The translations under genes were made by a program, and so were the position numbers. Source: the human T2T-CHM13v2.0 reference genome, Homo sapiens. From it: a stretch of DNA of 64,000 bases. Every line of letters starts with the position of its first letter. Position 1 is the stretch's first letter. The stretch is taken from the NCBI RefSeq assembly GCF_009914755.1, contig NC_060943.1. One strand, 5' to 3'. Below, one piece after another: positions 53,501 to 64,000 of the stretch. The notes under the pieces were generated by a model, which worked only from the letters and a program-made list of their open reading frames with translations, did not search any database and was not told the origin of the DNA.

Positions 53501-53985
53501 GTAGCCAGGTCCCCACTGACCAGGTCCCTACTGAACAGACCTCCACTGACTGGGCCCCCATTGCCAGATTTCCACTGACCGGGCCTCACTGACCAGGTTT
53601 CCACTGACCAGGACCCCAATAACCAGGTCACACTCACCAGGCCCCCACTGACCACATTTCAGCTGACCAGGCCCATGCTGACCAGGACACACTGGTGTAG
53701 CCCCAAGTGACCAGGCCCTCTGACCAGTCCTCTCTGACCAGGTCCCCTCAGACCGGGTCCTCACTGACCAGGCACCTGCTCACCAGGCTTCCTCTGACTA
53801 GGTCTCCAATGATTGTGTCCCCATTGACCAGGCCCCCACTGACCAGGTGCTATTGACCAGGCTGCTGCTGACCAGGTCAGCACTGACCAGACCCCCACTC
53901 ACAAGGACCTATTCGCCAGGCCCTGCTGACCAGGTCCCACATGACTCCACTGAATAGGTTCCACTGATGTGGCCCCAATAACTCA
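50580..53985 (+). repeat. GC-rich diverged satellite/minisatellite with a ~14-15-bp unit (consensus about CCCCACTGACCAGG), 3.4 kb
   Basis: On the order of two hundred diverged ACTGACCAGG-type units; longer blocks recur at about 450-500 bp spacing. Confidence 0.92.
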
Positions 53986-53987
53986 GC

Positions 53988-55800
<1,813 letters not shown>

Positions 55801-55811
55801 TGGTAGTGCAG

Positions 55812-56190
55812 GTCCACTGAACCATCAAAGACCAGGTACATGCCTCTGCCTGGTGTTCTCAACTCATCCACCAGTGTGGAGCTGTCATCCCACTTTTCAT
55901 TACGGTCATCATCGCTGCCCTGGCTGGCCTGGCTGCCACCAGAATTGCTGAGGTGATGACTGCAGGTTCCCCAGTCCCCGGCTCTGGAAAGCCTGCACTG
56001 GCAGCTGGAAGGCCCCTGGTGGTGGCACTTGTTGTGGCTGCAGCAGCAGCTAGAGGGCTTTGGGAGGCAGCTTCGAGGAGGTGGGTACCATGGTGAGAAG
56101 GGCCTTGAAGCCTCTGGGTGACACATTGCCCTAGCAGGCTGGGGCACCAGGGCTGCTGTCACTCACCAGGCCTGGCCTAGGGGCAATGGA
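55812..56190 (-). pseudogene. Second, inverted SNX18 pseudogene fragment (low-complexity linker region)
   Basis: ORF 55776..56162 contains [39 protein letters not shown], similar to SNX18 [39 protein letters not shown]. Confidence 0.85.
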
Positions 56191-56224
56191 GTGAGGCCTT
56201 GTCTCTAAGAAGCATCTGCATGAC

Positions 56225-56480
56225 AGAAAACATTTCTATACTATACGTCTGATAATGCATTAATATCACAAATGTATAAAAACTCAAACAGTCCAACAGC
56301 AAGAAAACAAATACTATAAAATATTAGCAAAGGACTTGATATAGACATTTCTCAAAGAAGACATGCATATGAGCAAAAAGTACATGAACAAAAGCCCAAG
56401 TTCAATAATCATCAGAGAAATGCAAATTAAAACCAGAATGAGATGTCACCTCACATCTGTTAGAATAGCTATTTCAAAAA
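56225..56480 (+). mobile_element. L1 (L1MA/MB) ORF2 3' fragment
   Basis: ATAGACATTTCTCAAAGAAGACAT..ATCATCAGAGAAATGCAAATTAAAACCA..CACCTCAC. Confidence 0.8.
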
Positions 56481-56564
56481 GTTTGAAGTGCACTGAGTCT
56501 GGATCTTTAGTATCTTTATTTCACTACTTCTTCTAATGTAAGGATTTGGTTTGTTAGTCTTTGA

Positions 56565-56798
<234 letters not shown>

Positions 56799-57347
56799 TG
56801 ATCTGCCCACCTTGGCCTCCCAAAGTGTTGGGATTACAGGTGTGAGCCACCACGCCCGGCCTCAATGTGTCTTTTTATGGTTTTCAGTAAAGTTTTATGG
56901 TTTCACATAGGCCTGGGAATGTCTTCTAAGTCGATTTCATGGCACGTTTGCTAATGTGGATGGAGGCTGACTCTTTGTTATTGTTACTGTATGTTTATTA
57001 TTAGTATGAAAGATTCAAGATTTATTATATATACAATGTGCATTTGCTCAATTTCCTGAATGTTGTTAAACAGTTTTTGTTCTGAAAGTTGAAATCGATT
57101 ACCCTGCTTTTCTATTTGTACTCATGGCCTCTGTGGATAACTACAGTTCAAATTCTTTGACTTACATTCTTTCCTGTTTCCTCCTCTTCTCTCTTCTGGT
57201 CCAGACTCAGGCATCCCTCACAGTGATAAATGGGAGAGGCCTGGCCGGCCCTTGTCTTAGACTTTTCTTTATTGAAACACTTCTGATGTTTGCTGTTGAT
57301 TATGATGTTTGCACAAATATCTTTGCTTAATAAGAATTTTATTTTTG

Positions 57348-57445
57348 CCTTTTCCCTTCCTTCCCTCCCTTCCTTCCTTCCTTCCTTCCTTCGTTCCTTC
57401 CTTCCTTCCTTCCTTCCTTCCTTCCTTCCTTCCTTCCTTCCTTTC
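57348..57445 (+). repeat. (TTCC)n microsatellite
   Basis: Directly visible. Confidence 0.95.
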
Positions 57446-57461
57446 AAAGCATGATCTCTGA

Positions 57462-57632
<171 letters not shown>

Positions 57633-57693
57633 TAATCATCACATATTTTATTCAAGGATATACTAAAGTGATTACATATTTTTTCTACTGTAG

Positions 57694-58015
<322 letters not shown>

Positions 58016-58059
58016 TGATTTTATTTTTAATAGTAAAATGTACTTGAATAGTTTTTGGC

Positions 58060-64000
<5,941 letters not shown>

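Noticed and set aside
50580-53985. CRISPR-like or repetitive-protein interpretation of the satellite
   Set aside because: No unique spacers or cas genes, the context is eukaryotic, and all frames have frequent stops.

Overview
Primate (very likely human, chr19p13.11) genomic DNA, very rich in Alu, L1 and LTR elements. The only intact protein-coding gene is the KRAB-C2H2 zinc-finger gene ZNF14 on the minus strand (4 coding exons, 1929 nt, 642 aa, 19 fingers; CpG-island promoter at about 30.1-30.8 kb). Its 3' end runs into an antisense ANKRD26-family retrocopy that inserted into a decayed zinc finger and appears to supply the ZNF14 poly(A) signal. Intron 1 holds a 5'-intact, 3'-truncated L1PA. 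It also holds an unexplained A/C-rich block whose decayed reading frames rejoin across Alu insertions, a candidate fossil viral or unknown-element gene and the top finding. Upstream of ZNF14 is a GC-rich cassette: a 13-exon unprocessed TBC1D3/TBC1D26-family pseudogene, a processed SNX18 pseudogene with a foreign ~160-bp insert, a 3.4-kb (CCCACTGACCAGG)-type satellite with higher-order structure, an MST element and a second, inverted SNX18 fragment. The last 8 kb is decayed ERVL and L1. All family assignments come from recalled sequence similarity; no searches were run.
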